Below are positions 10,091 through 18,900 of a stretch of DNA of 59,634 nucleotides, piece after piece. The stretch's first letter is position 1. Each line of letters begins with the position of its first letter. The stretch is taken from the NCBI GenBank assembly GCA_015232645.1, contig JADFZF010000002.1, forward strand, positions 1-59,634. The letters run 5' to 3'. This DNA comes from Magnetococcales bacterium. GTDB lineage: Bacteria; Pseudomonadota; Magnetococcia; Magnetococcales; UBA8363. A model generated the notes under the pieces. That model was not told the DNA's origin. It saw only the letters and a list, made by a program, of their open reading frames with translations, and did no database searches. Both the position numbers and the translations under genes were made by a program.

Positions 10091-10867
10091 GTGACCTCCC
10101 CGCAAATCATCCCCATCTGGCCCATGGACGCACCTTCGTTGATCCGGGGAACCTATTGGTCGCACCGCTTGGGATTGCCACTTCTGGACCACCCTGGCGA
10201 GACGAACCAACCCATGCTCGCCGTGAATGGTGAACGATTGGAACTGCGTCATGGTTCCAGCCGGCAAAGGGGGGTGTACGTTGAATTTTCGCTCCACAAG
10301 GCGCGGATGATCCAACGTCAGGAGGGCAAGAACGGCCTTCTGACCCGTGCCATCGGCCTGCGCAAGCATCCCTCACCCACGGTCTGGGATGCCACCGCCG
10401 GGTTGGGTCAGGATGGTTTTTTTCTGGCCTGTCAGGGCTGCCAGGTACGCTTGTTCGAACGCTCCCCCATCATTGCCGCGTTGCTGGAAGATGGCCTGAG
10501 CCGCGGCCTGGTCGATCACGAAACTCAACCCGTCATCGAACAACGGATGATCCTGTCTCAAACCGATGCTGCCGCCGCCATGCACAATCCACCCTACCCC
10601 TTCCCCGCGGACGTGATCTACCTGGATCCCATGTTCACCAAGCCCAATGCCACCGCCTTGTCGAAAAAAGAGATGCAGCTGCTGCGTTTATTGGTAGGCA
10701 ACGACGACGATGCCCCTACCCTTCTGGCTACCGCCATTGCCTGCCAACCCCGACGCGTGGTGGTGAAACGCCCGCTCAAAGCCTCCCCCCTGGGGGAACG
10801 TCCACCCCATTTTTCCATCCAGGGAACCACCATCCGCTATGACGTCTACCTTCCGGAGATGATGTGA
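10091..10867 (+). CDS. rsmJ: 16S rRNA (guanine1516-N2)-methyltransferase
   Basis: VWDATAGLGQDGFFLACQGCQVRLFERSPIIAALLEDGLSRG, VIYLDPMF, ALSKKEMQLLRLLVG and RVVVKRP are colinear with E. coli RsmJ (YhiQ) blocks as I recall them (VVDATAGLGRDAFVLAS.GC.V.MLERNPVVAALLDDGL; VVYLDPMF; VKKEM; RVVVKRP). Confidence 0.85.
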   Translation: MTSPQIIPIWPMDAPSLIRGTYWSHRLGLPLLDHPGETNQPMLAVNGERLELRHGSSRQRGVYVEFSLHKARMIQRQEGKNGLLTRAIGLRKHPSPTVWDATAGLGQDGFFLACQGCQVRLFERSPIIAALLEDGLSRGLVDHETQPVIEQRMILSQTDAAAAMHNPPYPFPADVIYLDPMFTKPNATALSKKEMQLLRLLVGNDDDAPTLLATAIACQPRRVVVKRPLKASPLGERPPHFSIQGTTIRYDVYLPEMM

Positions 10868-13800
10868 ACGATTGGCAACACTGGCGGACCACCCTGCATC
10901 GGCTGTCACAAAAAATCGAGGCCACCATGGCCAGGGACCGTCATCGCCTGCAACGGCGCCTCCATTTTTTCAAAAGACAACGTCCCTCCGAAGACCTCCC
11001 TTTTACCGCCCTGGAACAATGGAGCCAACAGGTCGAGGCGGCCGTGGCACGTCGCGAACGGCGCAATCGCGTCTGGCCTACACCCCAATATACCCTGTCG
11101 TTGCCGGTGGTGGATGAAAAGGAAAAAATTCAACATCTGATTTCCAATAATCAAATTATCGTAATTTGTAGCGCCACCGGCTCCGGGAAAACCACCCAAA
11201 TCCCCAAACTGTGCCTGGAACTGAAACGGGGAAGCTTTGGCTTTATCGGCATGACTCAACCCCGGCGCATCGCCGCCCGGTCGCTGGCGACCTATCTGTC
11301 CCACGACCTGGGCTCCAAAGTGGGGGAATGGGTCGGCTATAAAATGCGCTTTGCCGATCAGGTTCAGGATTCCTCCTTGATCAAAATCATGACCGACGGC
11401 CTGCTGCTGGCTGAACTGCAAGGGGATCCCCTGCTCCTGAATTATGACACCCTGATCATCGACGAGGCGCACGAACGCAGCCTCAACATCGATTTTCTCC
11501 TGGGTCACCTGCATCGTATTTTACAAAAACGCTCCGATCTCAAGGTAATCATCAGTTCCGCCACCCTTGATCATGAAAAATTTTCACGTCACTTCGGAGC
11601 GGCCCCGGTGCTGGCCATCCCTGGACGAACCTATCCCGTGGAAGTCCGTTATCGCCCACTCCAACCCGCCACCGCCGAAGAGACCGATACCGATTTATCG
11701 GGTGCCATTCTTGCCTGCATTCGCCACCTGCATCAATCGGGAGAACACGGGGACATCCTGGTATTTCTTCCAGGGGAGGCGGAAATCAGGGATGTTTCAG
11801 TTTCGTTAAGAAAATTATTGAATACCAGTCACGACATCTTCCCGCTGCACGCCCGCCTGGCGTCCCGGGACCAGGATCGCATCTTTTCCCCTGGCACCCG
11901 ACCCCGAATCATCCTGGCCACCAACGTCGCCGAAACCTCCATCACCGTCCCCGGGATTCGCCATGTCATCGACCCGGGTTTGGCCAAGATCAAACGTCAG
12001 GATGTCCGGGGGAGCATTCAACGGCTGGTGGTGGAAAAAATTTCCCGCGCTGCCGCCGATCAACGCCTGGGCCGCTGTGGCCGCACCGCCCCCGGAATAT
12101 GCATCCGCCTCTATTCCCAGGAAGATTATGAATCCCGGCCCGCGTTTACCGATCCGGAAATTCGGCGCACTTCCCTGGCGGCAACCATTCTGGCGTTGAA
12201 ATCACAAGGATGGGGTAATATTGAACAATTCCCTTTTCTGGATCCGCCACAGCCGGCGGCGGTTCAGGAAGGATGGCGCCTGTTGACGGAATTGAAGGCG
12301 GTGGATGGCCATGGCCATCTGACCCCCATGGGCCGGCAACTGGCCCAATTGCCCGTCGATCCACGCCTAGGACGGATGATCCTGGCCGCCCCCCCCTTGA
12401 ACTGCCTCGACCCCATTCTGGTCCTCGCCGCCGCCTTGAGCCTCCCCGATCCCCGAGAATGGCCGCTCAAACACCTGCAAAGGGCGGAAGAGCTGCACCA
12501 ACGCTTCGTGGATCCGCATTCCGATTTCGTCACTTTGTTGAACCTTTGGCGCCATATCGAGGGATTGCGGCAATCCTGTCTTTCGAAAACCGTGCTTAAC
12601 AATACCTTGAAAGGGGAATGGATCGCCCCCAACCGGGTGCGCGAATGGTGGGAAATCTATGCCCAACTGAAAAAAATCACCAAGGAAATGGGATACCCCT
12701 CCCCGGCCATCGATGCCATTCGTCATGCCCCGGTGCATAAAGCGATCCTCGCCGGACATCTGAACATGATCGGTATGAAAAAATTAAAAAATGAATTCAT
12801 CGGCTGCCGCAACACACCGTTTCATATCCACCCCGGATCGGGTCTGTTCAAAAAATCCCCCCCATGGATCGTGGCGGCGGAACTGGTGGAAACCAGCCGT
12901 TTGTATGCCCGCACCTGTGCCCGCGTCGAGCCGGAATGGATCGAGGAGGCAGCAGGGCCGGCCTGCAAACGCGATTATTACGAAGCGGCCTGGGATAGCC
13001 AGTCGGGCCACGTCATCGCCTTCGAAAAGGTTTCCTATTCGGGTCTGCCCCTCATTGCCAATCGCAAGGTCCATTTTGGTCCCATCGATCCCGTGGAAGC
13101 CCGACGCATTTTCATCCAGGAAGCCCTGGTGGGCCAACGCCTGCCCACCAAGGCCTCCTTTCTCACCCACAACCAGGCGTTGATCCAGGAAATACGCGAC
13201 AAGGAACATAAATTCCGCCGCCGCGATCTGCTGATCCAGGAAACGGAACTGTTTGCATTATATGATCGACACATCCCACCCAACACCTACAGTGCCCGTC
13301 ATTTTCATAGCTGGTATTTCCACGCCAGCAAACAGAATGCAACCCTGCTCCACTTCGATCAGCAGCAATTGTCGCGGCTCCCCGAGCAACCCTCGCTGAC
13401 GACACAATTCCCCGGCCATCTGACCGTCCAGGGCCAAACCTTTTCCCTGGAATACCATTTCAACCCCGGTGCCGGCGAAGATGGCTTGAGCGTCCATATT
13501 CCTCTGCCGGCGCTGCAACAATGCCCCGCCCAACCCTTCGAGTGGCTGGTCCCGGGAATGCTGGCCGACAAACTCACCGCCATGCTCAAGGGGCTTCCCA
13601 AAACCTGGCGCAAACAATTGGTCCCTGTTCCCGAAACCGTGGCTTTGTGCCTGCAACACCTCGACCCATCTCACGAATCGCCGTTGTCATTGGCATTAAG
13701 TCGGTTATTGAAAGATAAACGCGGGGTCGATATCCCGGCCCAACTTTTTTACGACCTGGTGTTGTCCGATCATCTGCTGATGAACTTCAAGGTCATCGAT

Positions 13801-14796
13801 CCCCATGATTCCAAGGTTATCACTCAAGGTCGTGATCTGGAAGCGCTCAAAAAATCATTGGGCCCGCAGGCCCAGAGGGAATTCCGCGCCCTCGCCAAGG
13901 TAGGTCTGGAACAAAAGGGGCTGACTCGTTGGAACTTCGGCAACCTCCCAGCCAACCTGGAACTGCCCACCCAGACCGGGACCATTATCGGTTTCCCGGT
14001 GTTGGTGGACCAGGGCAACAGCGTCAGTCTGCAGGTATTGGATGATCCAATCCTGGCCCAGAAGACCATGCGTCGAGGCCTGGTACGTCTGTTCACGTTG
14101 CAGCTTCCGGGTGCGGTACGACAGCTCAAGTCGGTGTTGACCTTCACTCCCGGAGCCGTTCTGGTACACCTGCCCACCGCCAAAAAACAACCCGTCGTCA
14201 ACGAGGTGCTGGATCTGGTCTTCGACCGAGTCTTCCTGGCCGAAATTCCCGAAGGCATCCTGACCCAGGACTGGTTTCAGAATCGTCTTCAGGAGCGGCA
14301 AAAGCTGTTGTTTCCCGAGGCGCAGCGGATCAAAACCCTCATGGATGAGCTGCATGAACTCCATCGTACCATCCGGTTGCTTCTGAAAACCCAAAATATC
14401 AACCCGGGCCTCAAGCCCATCCTGCCCGACCTTGAGGAGCAGCTTGGACGGTTACTGCATCCTGATTTTCTGTGGGAAACCCCCTTCGACTGGCTGCAAC
14501 AATATCCACGTTATTTCAAGGCGATATTAAAACGTCTGGAGCGGCGAATGACGGCTCCGTCCAAGGATGCCCAAAGGGCTGAAAGATTGCACCCTTTTTT
14601 GACGGCGTTTCAGACAGCCTGTAGCAGGGATCAATTTCGCGCCACCGATCCAGAATGGATTTTGTTACGTTGGATGATTGAAGAATTTCGTGTGTCTTTG
14701 TTTGCCCAGGAGTTGGGGACCAGAATGCCGATTTCGGAGAAAAGACTGCAAACTCAGATGCAAAAGCTGGGGCTGACCACTATCTTTTGTCGCTAA
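10864..14796 (+). CDS. hrpA: ATP-dependent RNA helicase HrpA (DEAH-box)
   Basis: 1310 aa. Walker A is SATGSGKTTQIPK, followed by the DEAH box IIDEAHERS, then SATL, LPGE.EI, TNVAETSIT and QRLGRCGR. The long HA2/OB/C-terminal extension is typical of HrpA. The GTG start overlaps the rsmJ stop. Confidence 0.95.
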   Translation: MNDWQHWRTTLHRLSQKIEATMARDRHRLQRRLHFFKRQRPSEDLPFTALEQWSQQVEAAVARRERRNRVWPTPQYTLSLPVVDEKEKIQHLISNNQIIVICSATGSGKTTQIPKLCLELKRGSFGFIGMTQPRRIAARSLATYLSHDLGSKVGEWVGYKMRFADQVQDSSLIKIMTDGLLLAELQGDPLLLNYDTLIIDEAHERSLNIDFLLGHLHRILQKRSDLKVIISSATLDHEKFSRHFGAAPVLAIPGRTYPVEVRYRPLQPATAEETDTDLSGAILACIRHLHQSGEHGDILVFLPGEAEIRDVSVSLRKLLNTSHDIFPLHARLASRDQDRIFSPGTRPRIILATNVAETSITVPGIRHVIDPGLAKIKRQDVRGSIQRLVVEKISRAAADQRLGRCGRTAPGICIRLYSQEDYESRPAFTDPEIRRTSLAATILALKSQGWGNIEQFPFLDPPQPAAVQEGWRLLTELKAVDGHGHLTPMGRQLAQLPVDPRLGRMILAAPPLNCLDPILVLAAALSLPDPREWPLKHLQRAEELHQRFVDPHSDFVTLLNLWRHIEGLRQSCLSKTVLNNTLKGEWIAPNRVREWWEIYAQLKKITKEMGYPSPAIDAIRHAPVHKAILAGHLNMIGMKKLKNEFIGCRNTPFHIHPGSGLFKKSPPWIVAAELVETSRLYARTCARVEPEWIEEAAGPACKRDYYEAAWDSQSGHVIAFEKVSYSGLPLIANRKVHFGPIDPVEARRIFIQEALVGQRLPTKASFLTHNQALIQEIRDKEHKFRRRDLLIQETELFALYDRHIPPNTYSARHFHSWYFHASKQNATLLHFDQQQLSRLPEQPSLTTQFPGHLTVQGQTFSLEYHFNPGAGEDGLSVHIPLPALQQCPAQPFEWLVPGMLADKLTAMLKGLPKTWRKQLVPVPETVALCLQHLDPSHESPLSLALSRLLKDKRGVDIPAQLFYDLVLSDHLLMNFKVIDPHDSKVITQGRDLEALKKSLGPQAQREFRALAKVGLEQKGLTRWNFGNLPANLELPTQTGTIIGFPVLVDQGNSVSLQVLDDPILAQKTMRRGLVRLFTLQLPGAVRQLKSVLTFTPGAVLVHLPTAKKQPVVNEVLDLVFDRVFLAEIPEGILTQDWFQNRLQERQKLLFPEAQRIKTLMDELHELHRTIRLLLKTQNINPGLKPILPDLEEQLGRLLHPDFLWETPFDWLQQYPRYFKAILKRLERRMTAPSKDAQRAERLHPFLTAFQTACSRDQFRATDPEWILLRWMIEEFRVSLFAQELGTRMPISEKRLQTQMQKLGLTTIFCR

Positions 14797-14813
14797 TAGG
14801 TCCCCCGGGCAAT

Positions 14814-14877
14814 GGGATGGGTCTGGGAAGGGACTGGTCCCTTCCCAGTGGGGTTTGGGGCGAAGCCCCAAGGTTTT
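14814..14877 (+). repeat. REP-like element, copy B (archetype); two hairpins, the second followed by TTTT; likely hrpA terminator
   Basis: GGGATGGGTCTGGGAAGGGACTGGTCCCTTCCCAGTGGGGTTTGGGGCGAAGCCCCAAGGTTTT. Hairpin 1 is a perfect 11-bp stem, 14823-14833 with 14838-14848. Hairpin 2 is TTGGGGC-GAA-GCCCCAA at 14855-14871, followed by a T run. Confidence 0.7.
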
Positions 14878-14952
14878 GATTCTGCCCCGTTATCAGACGA
14901 AATTCTTATTGAAACATGAACGAGCACCAGACTGACCGAAAGGGAAATGCTT

Positions 14953-15351
14953 TCAGGGACCACTGCGCAGTTCGATTTCCTGACCATCGGGACCCGCAAT
15001 AAAGGCCACCCAGGGCTGGTCTGGAACCCCGGTGGGGGGCTGGAACGGCTCTTTGAGGACCGTCACCCCCTGATGGGAGAGTGCCTTTACGGTTTCTTGA
15101 ACATCTTCGACAATGAAAGAAAGATGGTCCAAACCCCCACGTATGGGATGATAAGGCTCAAGGGGACCTTTGGAAGGCTTGCCGTTGTAGAGTTCGATGA
15201 TCAGGGAGCCCTGTTGCAGGTAACATAACATTCGCTCTTTGTATCGCCGAGGGCTCTGGATCACCGTGAATCCGAGCAGGTCGCGAAAAAAATGCAACCC
15301 CGCCTCGAAATCTGTACATTGATAAGCGACGTGGTGAAACTGAATCCGCAT
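14953..15351 (-). CDS. VOC (glyoxalase / bleomycin-resistance / dioxygenase) superfamily protein
   Basis: 132 aa. MRIQFHHVAYQCTDFEAGLHFFRDLLGFTV matches the VOC beta-alpha-beta-beta-beta N-module, and GLDHLSFIVEDVQETVKALSHQGV is the second module. It has its own AAGGAG RBS 7 nt upstream of the ATG. Confidence 0.75.
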   Translation of the reverse strand: MRIQFHHVAYQCTDFEAGLHFFRDLLGFTVIQSPRRYKERMLCYLQQGSLIIELYNGKPSKGPLEPYHPIRGGLDHLSFIVEDVQETVKALSHQGVTVLKEPFQPPTGVPDQPWVAFIAGPDGQEIELRSGP

Positions 15352-15392
15352 TCTGAACTCCTTTCCGAAAAACGGTGTGAGGCCGGTTCAGG

Positions 15393-18386
15393 TCAGGGAC
15401 TCACGGGTGACGGGGTCTGGATTTTGTCTGTCCCGGGTTTGAGAGATGTGTTTTTTTTTGAAGGAGGCTTCATGGCCTCAATATAGCCCTGGATGGCTTT
15501 GCGCATTTCTGTCGGCCACTTCAAGTCTTGCCTATCGGGCCAACGTTTTTGAATGATCTGGTCGAGAAAGGTGAAATCCTCCTGCACACATTGTTTGTCC
15601 TGGGGGCCGATGTTGTTGCACTGTCCGACACCCGTATTGACCGCCAACAGGATTGTCGGTTGGGTGGTTTGATTCTGGCTAAACTCCGCAGTCTTGAGGA
15701 TAAAACTACAAAGCTGGTAGTTGAGGTATTCCTGATCACTCAGCAGCCCACGCTGCTTGAACAGGGTTTCAGCCTGCTTGGTATGTCGAACGGCCTCATC
15801 CAGATCTCCGAAGGCCAGATCAAGCAAGGCGATACGGATCAGGGAGGCGTAGAAGGATCCATCAAGTCGGATGGAACTGCTGAGCAACTGATAGGCCTCC
15901 CGAGCGATGGGGGGAGGCATTTCTTCCCGCCAGTTATTGTATTCCTCTCGAAAAAAACGCACCAACTTGGAATAACCATGGCTGAAATGCAACATGTATT
16001 GTATTCTGTTCGGATCCCGGCTGCTGAAATATTCTGCCAGTGAGTAAGCGGTTTGGGATCTTTCTCCAGCTTCTCCCGGATCGTTTTTCAGCAAGGCCCC
16101 CAGGCTTCGGTTGGATTCCACGCGAATTTCTCTGGCCAGACGCATTTGATTGTTCCACTGATTTTCATTTTGACCGGCGCGATTAAGAAACTCATGGGAA
16201 AATTTGGCTGCCTTACTATGAGCCATTTCGGCACTCGGCTTATCCTGTAATTGGCGGTAGACCGACCCCCACAGATAGTTGATCTTAAAAGAAGTTGATT
16301 GGGCATCCATGTTCATGGCCTCCAGAAAGCACTCCACCTCCTCGGTTCGGGAATTCTCGAAGGCCAGGGTGCCGAGGCAATAGACAGAATCCAGGAAGAA
16401 CTCGTTTTTCCGCTCGTCAACGAACAGATCTTCGTTGGCTGCGTAACGGTCCAACAGCTCCAGAGTCATGCCGCGTACAAGCAAGGTGCGGGCTGTGGAG
16501 TAAAGACTTTCATCCACACACAGATAGGCCAGCAGCAGTAATAATACATTGAACTGAATCTTTTCCTCAAGACCCATTTTGGGACTGGCCAAATCGAATG
16601 CCCAGCGCAGCAGTAGCTCCGCCAGTTCGATGGACCGTTTCAACTGGTCTGCCGGATGCAATCCCTCCTCATAAAGCCGACAAAAAGGCGAATCCAGTTG
16701 AGTGACCTTCCGCACCAAAGTCCACAGTGGTTGTTTCTTGTGCTGGATGGAGATTTGGTCATTCATCAACCACGATAATTCATTGATCACATTTCGCCCT
16801 TCAAGGGTGGTGTTGAAAAAATGTGGTATGGGTTCCCCGGTCAACTTGCGACGAAAAAATGGAAAGTGGCCGTAAAAACCGGCCACGCCGTAATGCCTGC
16901 GGATGAGGTTGGAGATTCCCACCATCGGGCTCTTCTGGCTGACGTTGGCATAGTTCAACCTGGGTTCCATCCGTTCGTTCCAGCCGGAACAGACACGCAC
17001 CCGGCCATCAATGCCAATGGAGATGTCTTTTTCTTGAACGCACAGAAAGCAGCGTTTGATCAGGTCCGAATCCAGATCGCAGTTCAGACGCACCAGTTCC
17101 ACTTTCAGACTCTTCGGACCCCATGGGAGGAACTCTGTTACCCGATTCTCCGGTTTCCAGTCCCTCACCAAAGATCCAAAAGCTTTAGTGATGATCTCCC
17201 TGTACGCACTGTGCCCGTCCAGAGAGTCTTGGTTGAATTTTGGTCCCCCTCCAATCGTCCCCGTGCCCGCATCAACCGACTTAGTGGTGCCCATGGTTTC
17301 TGGATTCTTATCGTTAACATAATGAAATTTTTTGACTGTTTTTTGAATCAGGGCGATCCCCTGAACCTGGTCGGGAATATACTTCCCAAAACGTTCACGG
17401 ATAGCTTCGATGATCTCCATGGGTTCATGTTGGGAACTTCCCACCACGTAATTAAAACGGACTCTAACTGCCTTAGTACGAAGCAGAACGGCGACGTTAT
17501 TAAATACCGATGCCAATTTTTTCTCTAAGGGAGCGTCCAAAGGAACGCTCTGCTTTCCGGTATCTGGATGCAAGCTTATTCGAATATCTTTCAGACCGGC
17601 CTGAACTAATTGGTCTGCCTTGTCTTGGTCCAGCAAGTCGCCATTGGTGATTAAATAGCTCTTTCCCTTGGCCTCTCGGATCAAATCCGGCAACTCATTA
17701 TTTTTTAGGGGTTCGCCGCCGGTCCAGGTAAATTCAATACGGGGCATGGGCTGATTATTTCCGCCTCTGGCTTCAACGCTGGCCAAATTCTGAACCATTT
17801 GGCGCAGCCGCTCAATATCCTTGGTCTGGTCGGTTGGAGGGAATTCGTCGTGGTGGCAATACGAGCAGTTGCGATTGCAGCTGGAGGAGGTTTGAATGCG
17901 GATACGACGTTGGGTTTCGGAACCATCATGTTGGGGGGGACCGTGATCAAGGGAGACTGAACTGAAAAGGCGATCGCTGGCAAGCTGATTGCGTAAATCA
18001 GTAAGCTTGGCTTCAAGTGCAGGGAGGTCTGTCCACTGAATGCCGTGCAATGATGTCACCCCTAAGGGGAGATCGTCTATCCGATGGTCCCCTATGAAAA
18101 TTGGCACAACCTGGAGGCCATTATAGATCAAGCGGGTGACAATCTGGTTGTATTCATATCGGGCGTAGCGGGTATTGTTGATGTATGAATGGGAGATCAC
18201 CAGTATAGCAGCCCGGCAGGTGCCGATAGCTTGCTCAATCCATGTGTTTATCGATCTGCCCAGCTCCAAGTCGCGGTTGTCGTCATAGTACGCTAAATCC
18301 ACTTTCTTAAGGGCAGGCAGCAAATTTCTTTTCACCCATTCTTGGTCCCGAGAATCAAAGCTGATGAAAATCTTCCCAGTAGGCAT
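15393..18386 (-). CDS. TIR domain - radical SAM (CX3CX2C plus twitch/SPASM-like Cys cluster) - helical-repeat fusion protein (997 aa)
   Basis: ATG 18386 is preceded by GGAGGGAG; the ORF-track start 18398 is a TTG inside that SD. TIR: KIFISFDSRDQEWVKRNLLPALKK..LAYYDDNRDLELGRSINTWIEQAIGTCRAAILVISHSYINNTRYARYEYNQIV. Radical SAM: CNRNCSYC (nt 17856-17879), TGGEPL, LITNGDLL, IRISLH. Auxiliary cysteines: C-x9-CxxC then ISIGIDGRVRVC. The last ~470 aa are helix-rich with no motif I recognise. Confidence 0.85.
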   Translation of the reverse strand: MPTGKIFISFDSRDQEWVKRNLLPALKKVDLAYYDDNRDLELGRSINTWIEQAIGTCRAAILVISHSYINNTRYARYEYNQIVTRLIYNGLQVVPIFIGDHRIDDLPLGVTSLHGIQWTDLPALEAKLTDLRNQLASDRLFSSVSLDHGPPQHDGSETQRRIRIQTSSSCNRNCSYCHHDEFPPTDQTKDIERLRQMVQNLASVEARGGNNQPMPRIEFTWTGGEPLKNNELPDLIREAKGKSYLITNGDLLDQDKADQLVQAGLKDIRISLHPDTGKQSVPLDAPLEKKLASVFNNVAVLLRTKAVRVRFNYVVGSSQHEPMEIIEAIRERFGKYIPDQVQGIALIQKTVKKFHYVNDKNPETMGTTKSVDAGTGTIGGGPKFNQDSLDGHSAYREIITKAFGSLVRDWKPENRVTEFLPWGPKSLKVELVRLNCDLDSDLIKRCFLCVQEKDISIGIDGRVRVCSGWNERMEPRLNYANVSQKSPMVGISNLIRRHYGVAGFYGHFPFFRRKLTGEPIPHFFNTTLEGRNVINELSWLMNDQISIQHKKQPLWTLVRKVTQLDSPFCRLYEEGLHPADQLKRSIELAELLLRWAFDLASPKMGLEEKIQFNVLLLLLAYLCVDESLYSTARTLLVRGMTLELLDRYAANEDLFVDERKNEFFLDSVYCLGTLAFENSRTEEVECFLEAMNMDAQSTSFKINYLWGSVYRQLQDKPSAEMAHSKAAKFSHEFLNRAGQNENQWNNQMRLAREIRVESNRSLGALLKNDPGEAGERSQTAYSLAEYFSSRDPNRIQYMLHFSHGYSKLVRFFREEYNNWREEMPPPIAREAYQLLSSSIRLDGSFYASLIRIALLDLAFGDLDEAVRHTKQAETLFKQRGLLSDQEYLNYQLCSFILKTAEFSQNQTTQPTILLAVNTGVGQCNNIGPQDKQCVQEDFTFLDQIIQKRWPDRQDLKWPTEMRKAIQGYIEAMKPPSKKNTSLKPGTDKIQTPSPVSP

Positions 18387-18402
18387 AACTCCCTCCAAAT
18401 TA

Positions 18403-18430
18403 AATATAGAATAGAAATTTTTAGATACAA
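18403..18430 (-). promoter_or_regulatory. candidate sigma70-type promoter for the TIR-radical SAM gene
   Basis: The minus strand reads TTGTAT (18430-18425), a 16-nt spacer, then TATATT (18408-18403), just upstream of the SD/ATG at 18386. This is a sequence-pattern call only, in a very AT-rich spacer where such matches arise easily. Confidence 0.25.
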
Positions 18431-18900
18431 TCCTGCCTTCAACTTAGCACCGGATCCTGATCATGATAACCGTAAATAGACTAGGACCGATAGCATCTTG
18501 ATGTCAAGTACATATAACTCAAAGTAGTTTATTTAATTAATATTATGTTGTGATCTATATTTTAGTTAAATATCATGTAAAAAAAATCTAATCTGTTTAT
18601 TGATTGCTTGAAAATGTGGGGGGCGAGTTTCGAGACTGGATCTGTTTCGCCATGGTTGCCCGCTACCCATGGTGCCACCCGAGGGCTCCAGACAGCGGTT
18701 TGCAGCCGATATGACAGAAAATTTCTGCTGTCGCTTCGACATCTGAAAGGATGAGATTCGTCGACAGAAATACAACCATTAGACAAAAATGGCCCGCCAT
18801 GGCCAGGGGGGCATTGCGATTATTGCTGGGAAGGGTCAGTCGGCTTGTATGAAAGTGGCGCGGGAGTAGATTTCAGGATGGAGGTATTAATGCAAATTTA

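Noticed and set aside
17400-17910. Assigning the radical-SAM module to viperin (pVip)
   Set aside because: Only generic radical-SAM features are shared (CX3CX2C, GGE). The xTNG motif and the downstream C...IGIDGRVRVC auxiliary-cluster signature point to the MoaA/SPASM-twitch branch. I did not see viperin's C-terminal nucleotide-binding region. The family therefore stays open.
18562-18786. Small overlapping minus-strand ORFs (74 and 69 aa) in the AT-rich spacer upstream of the TIR gene, considered as possible accessory genes
   Set aside because: The two overlap each other in different frames, have no RBS and odd composition, and span an abrupt GC change. There is no support for coding.
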